Shown here piece by piece: positions 17,426 to 25,226 of a stretch of DNA of 42,425 nucleotides (within the stretch, counting starts at the first letter, position 1; each line of letters begins with the position of its first letter). Below the pieces are notes generated by a model that was not told where the DNA came from, did no database searches, and worked only from the letters and a program-made list of their open reading frames with translations. Position numbers and translations under genes: made by a program. Source of the stretch: a virus. The stretch lies in the UHGV virus genome UHGV-1357609; one strand, 5' to 3'.

Positions 17426-17785
17426 ATGGAAATCGCAAAAATGAGAGTTAAAAATAAATATTTTAGTATCACACCTGATGTAGCAGAAAAAATGAAAGAA
17501 GCAGATATAAATTCAGGCATTTTAAGACAAAGATTAGCTTCTGGTTGGAAATTTGAAGATGCAATAGAAGCACCTATTGGAGTAAGACGTAGTGAGTGGG
17601 AAAGTTTGAAACCTAAAGAGAACGACATCGCTAGTTATAAAGAGAGAATGGAGCAACGCAGATTACAAGAGCTGAAACGTAAGAAACCACATTTATTCAC
17701 AGTGCCTCAAAAACACCCTCGTGGTAAATGGTGCACGCACCTTATGGAGAATGACATCTTTCCTAGAAAGGTGGTTAGATCATGA
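17426..17785 (+). CDS. Hypothetical phage protein
   Basis: ORF in the operon. Confidence 0.4.
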   Translation: MEIAKMRVKNKYFSITPDVAEKMKEADINSGILRQRLASGWKFEDAIEAPIGVRRSEWESLKPKENDIASYKERMEQRRLQELKRKKPHLFTVPQKHPRGKWCTHLMENDIFPRKVVRS

Positions 17786-18225
17786 GCATTAAAGATTTGA
17801 TTATAGGCGATAGAATCAGAATCCAAGAAGTTAACGGTGTTGAAATTACAGTGCAAATAAAAAATGTTTATCGTTTAGTTCAGTCAAGTCTTGATATGGA
17901 TAAATGGGTTGCTGATGTAGAAGCAATTGACGGGAGAACTTGGACTATTGATGATTGTTATGATTTTTACTCATTACCTAATGGAAATGAAGGAACTAAA
18001 AAGACATTAGATGACAAGGTTAACCACCCGTCGCATTACACGTATGGAGATATGGAAATTATAGACTTCATAGAGCAAGTCACTAAAGATTACAAACCAG
18101 AGTTAGCATTTGCGATTGGTAATGCAATCAAGTATATAAGTCGAGCTAATCGTAAGAACGGTAAAGAAGATTTAGACAAAGCACGTTGGTATCTAAACAG
18201 AGCATTTGAGAAGTGGGAGGGTTAA
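17782..18225 (+). CDS. Hypothetical phage protein
   Basis: ORF in the operon. Confidence 0.4.
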   Translation: MSIKDLIIGDRIRIQEVNGVEITVQIKNVYRLVQSSLDMDKWVADVEAIDGRTWTIDDCYDFYSLPNGNEGTKKTLDDKVNHPSHYTYGDMEIIDFIEQVTKDYKPELAFAIGNAIKYISRANRKNGKEDLDKARWYLNRAFEKWEG

Positions 18226-18229
18226 TGAA

Positions 18230-18460
18230 ATGAGAAACACATTGACAGATTTAAACAATCATTTATTTGCACAATTAGAAAGATTAAGCGATGAAGATTT
18301 AAAAGGCGAAGAATTAAAAGAGGAGTTACAAAGATCTAGTGCAGTTTCTAAAGTAGCTCAAAATATCATTAATAATGGCAGTTTAGTGCTGCAAGCACAA
18401 AAGTTTAAAGATGAAAAATTAGACGCAGAATCAGAAATGCCTAGGTTGTTAGGAGAGTAA
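18230..18460 (+). CDS. Hypothetical protein
   Basis: The RBS GGGAGGG precedes the ATG at 18230. Confidence 0.4.
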   Translation: MRNTLTDLNNHLFAQLERLSDEDLKGEELKEELQRSSAVSKVAQNIINNGSLVLQAQKFKDEKLDAESEMPRLLGE

Positions 18461-18465
18461 TAGCC

Positions 18466-19080
18466 ATGAGACATGTATGGACTGATGAGCATGAAAAATA
18501 TATTCGTAATAACATCAAAGGTAAAACTAAGAAAGAAATGACAGAAATGTTTAATAAGGAGTTTGGCACTGATGTTACTACAGATAAAATGAAAGGGTTT
18601 TGTTCGAGAAAAAGGATAAGAAGTGGGGTTGATTGTAAGTTTAAAAAAGGTGTGCCTTCTTGGAACAAAGGTAAAAGCTTTCCTTCCAGAGGTAGAAGCG
18701 CTGAAACTCAATTTAAGAAAGGACAAAAGCCCGATAACACATTTCCTTTAGGAACGATAAAAATCACTACTGACGGTTATAAGTTTATAAAAATCAAAAA
18801 ACGAGGTTCTAAAAACGAATGCTGGAAACAATACACACATTATTTATGGGAACAAAAGCACGGACCTGTGCCCAAAGGATATTGTTTAATACATTTGAAT
18901 CAAAACAGGTCAGACTGTAGCGAAGAAAATATAGCATTGGTAAGTCGTAAAGAATTAGTACGTATTAACAAACTTAATTTAACTTCAACTGATCGTAACT
19001 TAACTAAAGCAGGAATCAACTTTGTTAAATTATTAAACAAACAAAAAGAAGTTAAGGACAAAATAAATGCTACTAAGTGA
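18466..19080 (+). CDS. Free-standing HNH (HNH_3-type) endonuclease
   Basis: Motif YTHYLWEQKHGPVPKGYCLIHLNQNRSDCSEENIALVS, with a basic N-terminal DNA-binding region. Confidence 0.65.
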   Translation: MRHVWTDEHEKYIRNNIKGKTKKEMTEMFNKEFGTDVTTDKMKGFCSRKRIRSGVDCKFKKGVPSWNKGKSFPSRGRSAETQFKKGQKPDNTFPLGTIKITTDGYKFIKIKKRGSKNECWKQYTHYLWEQKHGPVPKGYCLIHLNQNRSDCSEENIALVSRKELVRINKLNLTSTDRNLTKAGINFVKLLNKQKEVKDKINATK

Positions 19081-19264
19081 TACGGTATCTCAACGATATA
19101 GATACAACACACAAGGCAAGACACCTACCCAGATACAACAGGAATTACGCAAGTTAGGTGTCAAAGGCTTTGTGGTTAAGATAGCAGGAAACAGAGTGAC
19201 GATGAAAGTTAGTGAGAACGATATTAAAAAGAACAGGGAGTGTATAAGGAATGGCAACAGATAA
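19067..19264 (+). CDS. Hypothetical small protein
   Basis: ORF overlapping its neighbours by a few codons. Confidence 0.3.
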   Translation: MLLSDTVSQRYRYNTQGKTPTQIQQELRKLGVKGFVVKIAGNRVTMKVSENDIKKNRECIRNGNR

Positions 19265-19430
19265 ACAAGTTGAATACGTTTGTAGTTTGCAAGGACAAAC
19301 GTCACTTACCGATTATAGTCGTAAAGAAATAAAAGCTATGACGCATAAAGAAGTAAGCAATTTAATAAGTGAATTACAAGATGACATATTATATAACGAG
19401 TTAATGAGTTACGGATTACCTAATCAATAA
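19251..19430 (+). CDS. Hypothetical small protein (59 aa), not in the ORF track
   Basis: Hand-translated: MATDKQVEYVCSLQGQ... Confidence 0.3.
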   Translation: MATDKQVEYVCSLQGQTSLTDYSRKEIKAMTHKEVSNLISELQDDILYNELMSYGLPNQ

Positions 19431-19448
19431 ATAAGGAGTGCATTATGA

Positions 19449-19847
19449 ATGGTTAAAATTAAAGTGACAAAGGAATTTGATTTTGCAGAGTTAATAAATC
19501 ATATCAAAAACACAAGTTATCAACCTAAAGAATATTTAGCGAAAGACGGATCAACAAAGGTTATCGTTGGTAGTTTAGGAAGTATTACGTTTGATAATAA
19601 AAATTTTATATACCCTGAAACTAATTTTCGTATAGAAGTCGAAAAAGAAGTTACAGAAAAAACTGAAATTGATAATTTAGTAGAAATAGTTATTATTGAT
19701 AAAAATATACCACACACTTCAGTTTTCTATAACACTAGCATAAACGAAAGATTGTCTATTACCAGATATAGACCGCAAGTTTTCTATATGTTGAATGATG
19801 ATTCAACTATAACTCGAATATGGGAAAACGGAAAATTAGTAGATTAA
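19449..19847 (+). CDS. Hypothetical protein
   Basis: The RBS AAGGAG lies 10 nt upstream. Confidence 0.45.
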   Translation: MVKIKVTKEFDFAELINHIKNTSYQPKEYLAKDGSTKVIVGSLGSITFDNKNFIYPETNFRIEVEKEVTEKTEIDNLVEIVIIDKNIPHTSVFYNTSINERLSITRYRPQVFYMLNDDSTITRIWENGKLVD

Positions 19848-19850
19848 GGA

Positions 19851-20204
19851 GTGTTCACGATAGACATCAACAACTTATACACATACAAAGCAACATGCAC
19901 CAATGTTGTTGACGGGGATACGATAGATATTTTACTGGACTGTGGCTTTGATACCTATGCTAAACGTCGCGTGCGTTTGCTAGGTGTCGATACGCCAGAG
20001 AGAGGACAAGAGAATTATAAAGAGGCAACAGCATTAACTAGATCATGTGTAGAAAACAAAGATATATACGTTCAGACCTACAAGAGCGATGTGTTCGGTA
20101 GATACCTAGCTAATGTGTGGTACGAGGACGGGAAATATTGCTTAAACGATGAGTTAAGAAAAGCAGGGCTTTTGAAAGAGAATTCTAAATGGAATGAGGG
20201 ATAG
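19851..20204 (+). CDS. SNase-like (staphylococcal/micrococcal nuclease fold) nuclease
   Basis: Motif DGDTIDI...RVRLLGVDTPE. Confidence 0.65.
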   Translation: MFTIDINNLYTYKATCTNVVDGDTIDILLDCGFDTYAKRRVRLLGVDTPERGQENYKEATALTRSCVENKDIYVQTYKSDVFGRYLANVWYEDGKYCLNDELRKAGLLKENSKWNEG

Positions 20205-20206
20205 GA

Positions 20207-20506
20207 ATGGCAGAAATAACTAAAGAACAATTATTAGAATTTATCAGGAATAAAGACTTAGATTTAGACGAAAGCTATCCGCGTAGTGATTGGTGGAAGT
20301 TCAGAGATGAACGTGACTCATACAAGAAACAACGTGATGAACTCATCAATGATATGGCAGAAATTAAAAAGAAGGCAGAGGCGTTTGATGAGATAGATGA
20401 TTTAATCGTTAACGGGACATTAAAAGATAGAGAACCGGATGCAATATTTCAAAACATCTGTCATGTGATTATAAATTTTAAGGAGCGTGCAGATAATGAA
20501 AGATAA
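20207..20506 (+). CDS. Hypothetical acidic protein
   Basis: ORF only. Confidence 0.35.
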   Translation: MAEITKEQLLEFIRNKDLDLDESYPRSDWWKFRDERDSYKKQRDELINDMAEIKKKAEAFDEIDDLIVNGTLKDREPDAIFQNICHVIINFKERADNER

Positions 20507-20744
20507 AGATTATAAAAGTTTATGGATAAAGTTGAAAGAGAAGAAATTAAAAGAATATGTGGAAGTACATCGCTCAGTAAATCAAATAATAACACCAAAC
20601 AATCAATATCAGTTGTTTCAAATAGCTAACGCAATGGTAAGTGAAAACGAATTAAATCGAGATTTAAAATACATGGACCAACTAGACGGAACGCATGAGT
20701 TTCAAAATTTATTAAGTGATTTGGAGGCTTGCAATGGACAATAG
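20487..20744 (+). CDS. Hypothetical protein
   Basis: ORF only. Confidence 0.35.
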   Translation: MQIMKDKDYKSLWIKLKEKKLKEYVEVHRSVNQIITPNNQYQLFQIANAMVSENELNRDLKYMDQLDGTHEFQNLLSDLEACNGQ

Positions 20745-20913
20745 AGAATTTATCCAACGTTGCATAGTATCCTCTACAGCTTTTACAGGACACGACGGGT
20801 GTTTGTTAATCAAAGAGCTTAACGAAGTATATCGCAAGGCAGAGTTGTACGACAAAATAGTGGAAAATAATTCAAAGAGTTTAGTAGAAAATGGAGGAAC
20901 AATAAATGACTAA
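20716..20913 (+). CDS. Hypothetical protein
   Basis: ORF only. Confidence 0.3.
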   Translation: MIWRLAMDNREFIQRCIVSSTAFTGHDGCLLIKELNEVYRKAELYDKIVENNSKSLVENGGTIND

Positions 20914-21229
20914 TCAATTAACAGTAGATCAATTAATTAAACAGGTAGAACAATGGAGTAAGGATAAAGATTTGCACAATGGCAATCCGGATAGACAAGC
21001 GTTGAAGTTTTATGAAGAGGCAGGAGAAGTCGGCGCAGCATTATCACGTAGTAATTTAGAGGCATTAAAAGACGGTATAGGCGATACAGTCGTTACATTA
21101 ATCATATTAGCACAACAACATGATATGACGTTACAGGAGTGTTTACAGTTTGCATATGATGAGATTAAAGGAAGAAAAGGAAAGACAATCAATGGAACAT
21201 TCGTCAAAGAAGCAGACCTCGAAGGATAA
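20906..21229 (+). CDS. MazG-like nucleotide pyrophosphohydrolase
   Basis: Motif EEAGEVGAA...DGIGDTVVTLIILA. Confidence 0.65.
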   Translation: MTNQLTVDQLIKQVEQWSKDKDLHNGNPDRQALKFYEEAGEVGAALSRSNLEALKDGIGDTVVTLIILAQQHDMTLQECLQFAYDEIKGRKGKTINGTFVKEADLEG

Positions 21230-21307
21230 GGACATAGTAGCAGAGATTAAAAGAATACTTCGCAAAGAGTAACGAGAAGTAAAACGAAGTAACGAGGAGT
21301 AGATAAA

Positions 21308-21619
21308 GTGAGTAATTTTATCGGAAGTTTCAACATGCCTAAACAACAATTAAAAGAATTATCTGATGCAGAATTAGCTATGCACTTTACGTATATGGAA
21401 GAACGATTTAAGCAACTAAACAAAATAAAGTTTGATTGCAAATTACCATTAGGAAGAGATGAATATGAAATTTTAACAATACCTAGCAAAACGCAGAAAG
21501 AATTTAATAATATATTCAGACAAGTTATGAAAGATAAAATCGCAGAGACACATAATGAATTTGTAAAACGTAATATTGGAACATACGAAACTAATGTAAA
21601 AGAGGTGCTTGGGAAGTGA
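21308..21619 (+). CDS. Hypothetical protein with a GTG start
   Basis: The RBS AGGAG precedes the GTG start. Confidence 0.4.
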   Translation: MSNFIGSFNMPKQQLKELSDAELAMHFTYMEERFKQLNKIKFDCKLPLGRDEYEILTIPSKTQKEFNNIFRQVMKDKIAETHNEFVKRNIGTYETNVKEVLGK

Positions 21620-21760
21620 CATAATACTTAATCACAGAGATACAAGATAGTACAGGATATGTTCACAGACACGTTAACAAAGTTAAAGAGAACGAACGTA
21701 TGACGTTGGTAGAAGCAGAGAGTAAGAGTGAGGCGTTAAGTAAACAAAAGGAGGGTTACA

Positions 21761-21931
21761 ATGATTAAACGCATATTAAAAATTTGGTTCACTATCGCTA
21801 TGTATGAGTTAGGTAAATGGATTGGTAGAGAGTTGTATTATAAGTTAACTTCAAACGATGAGGTGGAAGTGCCTAAGGACTTTGACGAAAACGACCACGC
21901 TCATTTAAATGGCATATACGGAGGTTATTAA
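21761..21931 (+). CDS. Small hydrophobic protein (56 aa), not in the ORF track
   Basis: The RBS AAAGGAGGG precedes MIKRILKIWFTIAMYELGKWIG... Confidence 0.4.
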   Translation: MIKRILKIWFTIAMYELGKWIGRELYYKLTSNDEVEVPKDFDENDHAHLNGIYGGY

Positions 21932-21934
21932 ATA

Positions 21935-22135
21935 TTGGGTGAAATTATATATATGATTACAATTATAACATTGTCTATAGTCTTTGTTTTAATGGAGATA
22001 TTTATAATATATCTTTTTGTTGAAGGAATTAAATACAAGGAATATGTAACGATTGGGTTTTCCGTTACCATGTTTTTACTTTCTATCTTGCTATTTTTAC
22101 ACTTTTTATATTTTGGGATTTTAGGAGGTTATTAA
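21935..22135 (+). CDS. Small integral membrane protein with 2 TM segments
   Basis: Strongly hydrophobic: ITIITLSIVFVLMEIFIIYLF...FLLSILLFLHFLYF. Confidence 0.45.
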   Translation: MGEIIYMITIITLSIVFVLMEIFIIYLFVEGIKYKEYVTIGFSVTMFLLSILLFLHFLYFGILGGY

Positions 22136-22136
22136 T

Positions 22137-22535
22137 GTGATTTGGATAAGTTTTTCATCGGTAATAATTGTGTTAGTACTGTGTATTTTTGCTATATATA
22201 AGTGGATTAAAGCAGAGAAAAGAGTTAATGAGTTACAGGAAGATAAACATGGATTGCAATTAGATAAGTTACATTTAGAAAGAGAGGTATCTTGGTTGAA
22301 AAATAAGGATAATAAAAACAACATAGGCAAATACGTGGTTGAGTTAAAAAAAGGAGTATATTTAGTGAAAAAATATATAGGTAGTTATGGAAACACATGC
22401 ATAATCACTGACAATGTATTTGAAGCTTTATCTTACGACGATTTATATTCAGCTAAAGAAGATGCATGTAGTTTTAACGGACGTGTACTAGAACACAAAC
22501 CTAATTTAGAGGTGGTCAAACAATGTGGGGCGTAA
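22137..22535 (+). CDS. Membrane-anchored protein (N-terminal TM, coiled coil, C-terminal domain)
   Basis: N-terminal TM segment IWISFSSVIIVLVLCIFAIY followed by a coiled coil. Confidence 0.45.
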   Translation: MIWISFSSVIIVLVLCIFAIYKWIKAEKRVNELQEDKHGLQLDKLHLEREVSWLKNKDNKNNIGKYVVELKKGVYLVKKYIGSYGNTCIITDNVFEALSYDDLYSAKEDACSFNGRVLEHKPNLEVVKQCGA

Positions 22536-22669
22536 TAGCAATCATTATATTAGTTTTACTACTATTTGGCTCTATACTTGAACAGAATGATCTAAAACAT
22601 CAGTTAGAAGTGAAAGAGTATGAAATTGAAGTGTTAAGAGATAAGTTGGAGAATGGAGGCAATAATTAG
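22523..22669 (+). CDS. Small TM plus coiled-coil protein (48 aa), not in the ORF track
   Basis: Hand-translated: MWGVIAIIILVLLLFGSILEQNDLKHQLEVKEYEIEVLRDKLENGGNN. Confidence 0.35.
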   Translation: MWGVIAIIILVLLLFGSILEQNDLKHQLEVKEYEIEVLRDKLENGGNN

Positions 22670-23070
22670 TGTATTCAAAAGCATCTATACTAAACATGAT
22701 TGATGGATATAAAATGAATTGTAATATATTAGAAGATGTAGTACCTGAATGTGATAGTAATTCTATTGCTCAATATGGGATACAAGCTACATTACCGAAA
22801 CCGCAAGGAGAAAATGGTAGTAAAGTTGAGGATGTTGTAATAAGACTAGAGAGAACAAACAAAAGATACGCGCAAATGCTAAAAGAAGTTGAATTCATCA
22901 ATCAATCACAACAAAAATTAGGACATGTTGATTTCTGTTTCTTAGAACACCTTAAAAAAGGTAGACGTAGAGATAAGATAATAGAGAAGATGCCTAACGC
23001 TAAATTGAACAGAAATAATTTCTTAGCTCGCAAAGATGAGTTGGCTGAAAAGATATACTTATTACAGTGA
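22669..23070 (+). CDS. Candidate late-gene transcriptional regulator (positional analogue of RinA/ArpU-type activators)
   Basis: Last gene before the terS leader. It has a GTG start after the RBS GGAGG. The call rests on position only. Confidence 0.3.
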   Translation: MYSKASILNMIDGYKMNCNILEDVVPECDSNSIAQYGIQATLPKPQGENGSKVEDVVIRLERTNKRYAQMLKEVEFINQSQQKLGHVDFCFLEHLKKGRRRDKIIEKMPNAKLNRNNFLARKDELAEKIYLLQ

Positions 23071-23104
23071 CGATAATGACGAAAATGACTGAAATGACAG
23101 TATT

Positions 23105-23133
23105 TTTCAATATGTATTTATTTTTTATATAAT
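23105..23133 (+). promoter_or_regulatory. Candidate late promoter
   Basis: TTTCAA, 17 bp spacer, then TATAAT at 23128-23133. Periodic AATGAC repeats lie upstream at 23068-23098. Confidence 0.35.
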
Positions 23134-23358
23134 GAATGTGTAAGAATTACCTCACAAGACATAGTGTTTATCCTTTCGCACTATGGTGGGGTATTCAATT
23201 CAAAGTGATTGGATAAGTGCTTATCGTCTTTATAGACGTTGCGCATCCGATTGCTTGACTATCCGTCACAATGGCGGGTAGTTTAATTGAATCTTACAAC
23301 ACGGCTTCCGATACGATGATATGAATACTTGACATGTAATTTTTCTCCTCCCTTAATT

Positions 23359-23394
23359 AGTTATCCGTGAGAACACACGGGTAACTAATTTTTA
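23359..23394 (+). terminator. Strong intrinsic terminator inside the terS leader
   Basis: Stem AATTAGTTATCCGTG/CACGGGTAACTAATT of about 15 bp, followed by TTTTTA. Confidence 0.7.
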
Positions 23395-23462
23395 TGTATT
23401 GATGTGACATAGAGGTGTGACATGAGTACATAAACTCAAATAAATAACAAAACATAATCATT

Positions 23463-23489
23463 AGGCACTGTTTACGCAGTGTCTTTTTT
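23463..23489 (+). terminator. Second intrinsic terminator about 50 bp upstream of the terS start
   Basis: Stem GGCACTG/CAGTGTC, followed by TTTTTTA. Confidence 0.55.
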
Positions 23490-23537
23490 ATACGTCAAAC
23501 AAAGGTGCTTAACCGTGAGAGTAGGTGGTAATATACG

Positions 23538-23972
23538 ATGACGAAACTGAATCTTAAACAACAAACATTTGTTGATGAGTACATTAAGACAGGTACTGCT
23601 TATCAATCGGCAATTAGGGCTGGTTATAGTGAGAAATACGCAAAATCAAGTAGTCATAAATTGTTGGAAAATGTGGGAATAAAAGCAGAAATAGACAAAC
23701 GAATGGAAAAACTTAAAAAAGATACAATCGCAGACCAAGATGAAATACTTCAATATCTCACCTCTGTATTACGTGGGGAGGTAACAGACCAAGAGTTGAT
23801 ACCTATTCAAGTTGGCAGAGGCGAAATGGAAGTAGAAGAACTAGAAAAAAGGTCAGATACTAACGCTAGAACTAAAGCTGCAGAATTATTAGGTAAGCGA
23901 TATATGATGTGGACAGATAAACAACAAATAGAAACGACTGCGATGGTGCATTTCGATGATGATATCAATTAA
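23538..23972 (+). CDS. terS: Terminase small subunit (Terminase_2 family)
   Basis: Motif LNLKQQTFVDEYIKTGTAYQSAIRAGYSEKYAKSSSHKLLENVGI. Confidence 0.85.
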   Translation: MTKLNLKQQTFVDEYIKTGTAYQSAIRAGYSEKYAKSSSHKLLENVGIKAEIDKRMEKLKKDTIADQDEILQYLTSVLRGEVTDQELIPIQVGRGEMEVEELEKRSDTNARTKAAELLGKRYMMWTDKQQIETTAMVHFDDDIN

Positions 23973-25221
23973 ATTATCTGAACTGTTACCTAAACACTTT
24001 CATAGCTTATGGAAAGCGACTAAAGATAGAGAGAAGTTGAACATAGTAGCTAAAGGTGGACGTGGTAGTGGTAAGTCGTCTGATATATCTATAATCATTA
24101 CACAGTTAATCATGCGTTATCCTATGAATGCAGTTGTAGTACGTAAGACAGACAACACATTAGCTACATCAGTATTTGAGCAAATCAAGTGGGCGATAGA
24201 AGAACAAAAGGTGTCACACCTGTTCAAAGTTAAAGTGTCGCCAATGGAAATTACATACGTACCTAGAGGGAATCGAATTATCTTTAGAGGGGCACAGAAC
24301 CCCGAACGATTAAAGTCGTTAAAAGATAGTCGGTTCCCTTTTTCTATCATGTGGATAGAGGAGTTAGCAGAATTTAAGACAGAGGATGAAGTCACTACAA
24401 TTACTAACTCTATGTTACGTGGTGAATTAGATGACGGATTATTTTACAAGTTTTTCTTTAGTTACAACCCTCCTAAGAGAAAACAATCGTGGGTTAACAA
24501 AAAATACGAAACCTCATTCCAACCGGATAACACATTCGTACACCATTCAACGTACTTAGATAACCCTTTTATTTCTAAACAGTTTATACAAGAGGCAGAG
24601 AGTGCGAAAGAACGTAACGAACAACGTTATCGTTGGGAATATATGGGTGAAGCGATTGGTAGTGGCGTTGTACCGTTTAATAACTTACAAATAGAAACGA
24701 TACCCCAAGAAATGATTGATGGTTTTGACAACATAAGGAATGGCCTTGACTTTGGATATGCTGACGATCCGTTAGCGTTTGTCCGTTGGCATTATGATAA
24801 AAAGAAACGGGTTATTTACGCTATCGATGAATATTACGGTGTTCAGATTAGTAATAGGCAATATGCAAACGAAATGTGGAAAAGAAAATATCAGTCAGAC
24901 GACATTTACGCTGACCATGCCGAACCTAAATCAATAGCTGAATTAAAGCGAGAACATGGCATGAAAAAAGTAAGACCGGTTAAAAAAGGGCCTGATAGCA
25001 GAGAATATGGTGAACAATGGTTATCTGATTTAGAAGCTATCATAATAGATCCAAAACGTACACCGAATATCGCAAGGGAATTTGAAAACATAGATTATCA
25101 AACTGATAAAGATGGAGATATTATTCCTAAATTAGAAGATAAAAACGACCATACAATTGACGCCACTAGATACGCCCTAGAGCGTGACATGAGGCAGAAT
25201 AAACTTAGCATACTTACGTAA
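23956..25221 (+). CDS. terL: Terminase large subunit
   Basis: Walker A motif GGRGSGKS and a C-terminal nuclease acidic motif. Confidence 0.9.
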   Translation: MMISIKLSELLPKHFHSLWKATKDREKLNIVAKGGRGSGKSSDISIIITQLIMRYPMNAVVVRKTDNTLATSVFEQIKWAIEEQKVSHLFKVKVSPMEITYVPRGNRIIFRGAQNPERLKSLKDSRFPFSIMWIEELAEFKTEDEVTTITNSMLRGELDDGLFYKFFFSYNPPKRKQSWVNKKYETSFQPDNTFVHHSTYLDNPFISKQFIQEAESAKERNEQRYRWEYMGEAIGSGVVPFNNLQIETIPQEMIDGFDNIRNGLDFGYADDPLAFVRWHYDKKKRVIYAIDEYYGVQISNRQYANEMWKRKYQSDDIYADHAEPKSIAELKREHGMKKVRPVKKGPDSREYGEQWLSDLEAIIIDPKRTPNIAREFENIDYQTDKDGDIIPKLEDKNDHTIDATRYALERDMRQNKLSILT

Positions 25222-25226
25222 ACGAG

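Noticed and set aside
23160-23300. Possible tRNA or tmRNA-like gene in the GC-richer part of the terS leader
   Set aside because: I could not find a cloverleaf, a T-loop consensus or a CCA-compatible acceptor stem. It is kept only as an unclassified structured RNA candidate.
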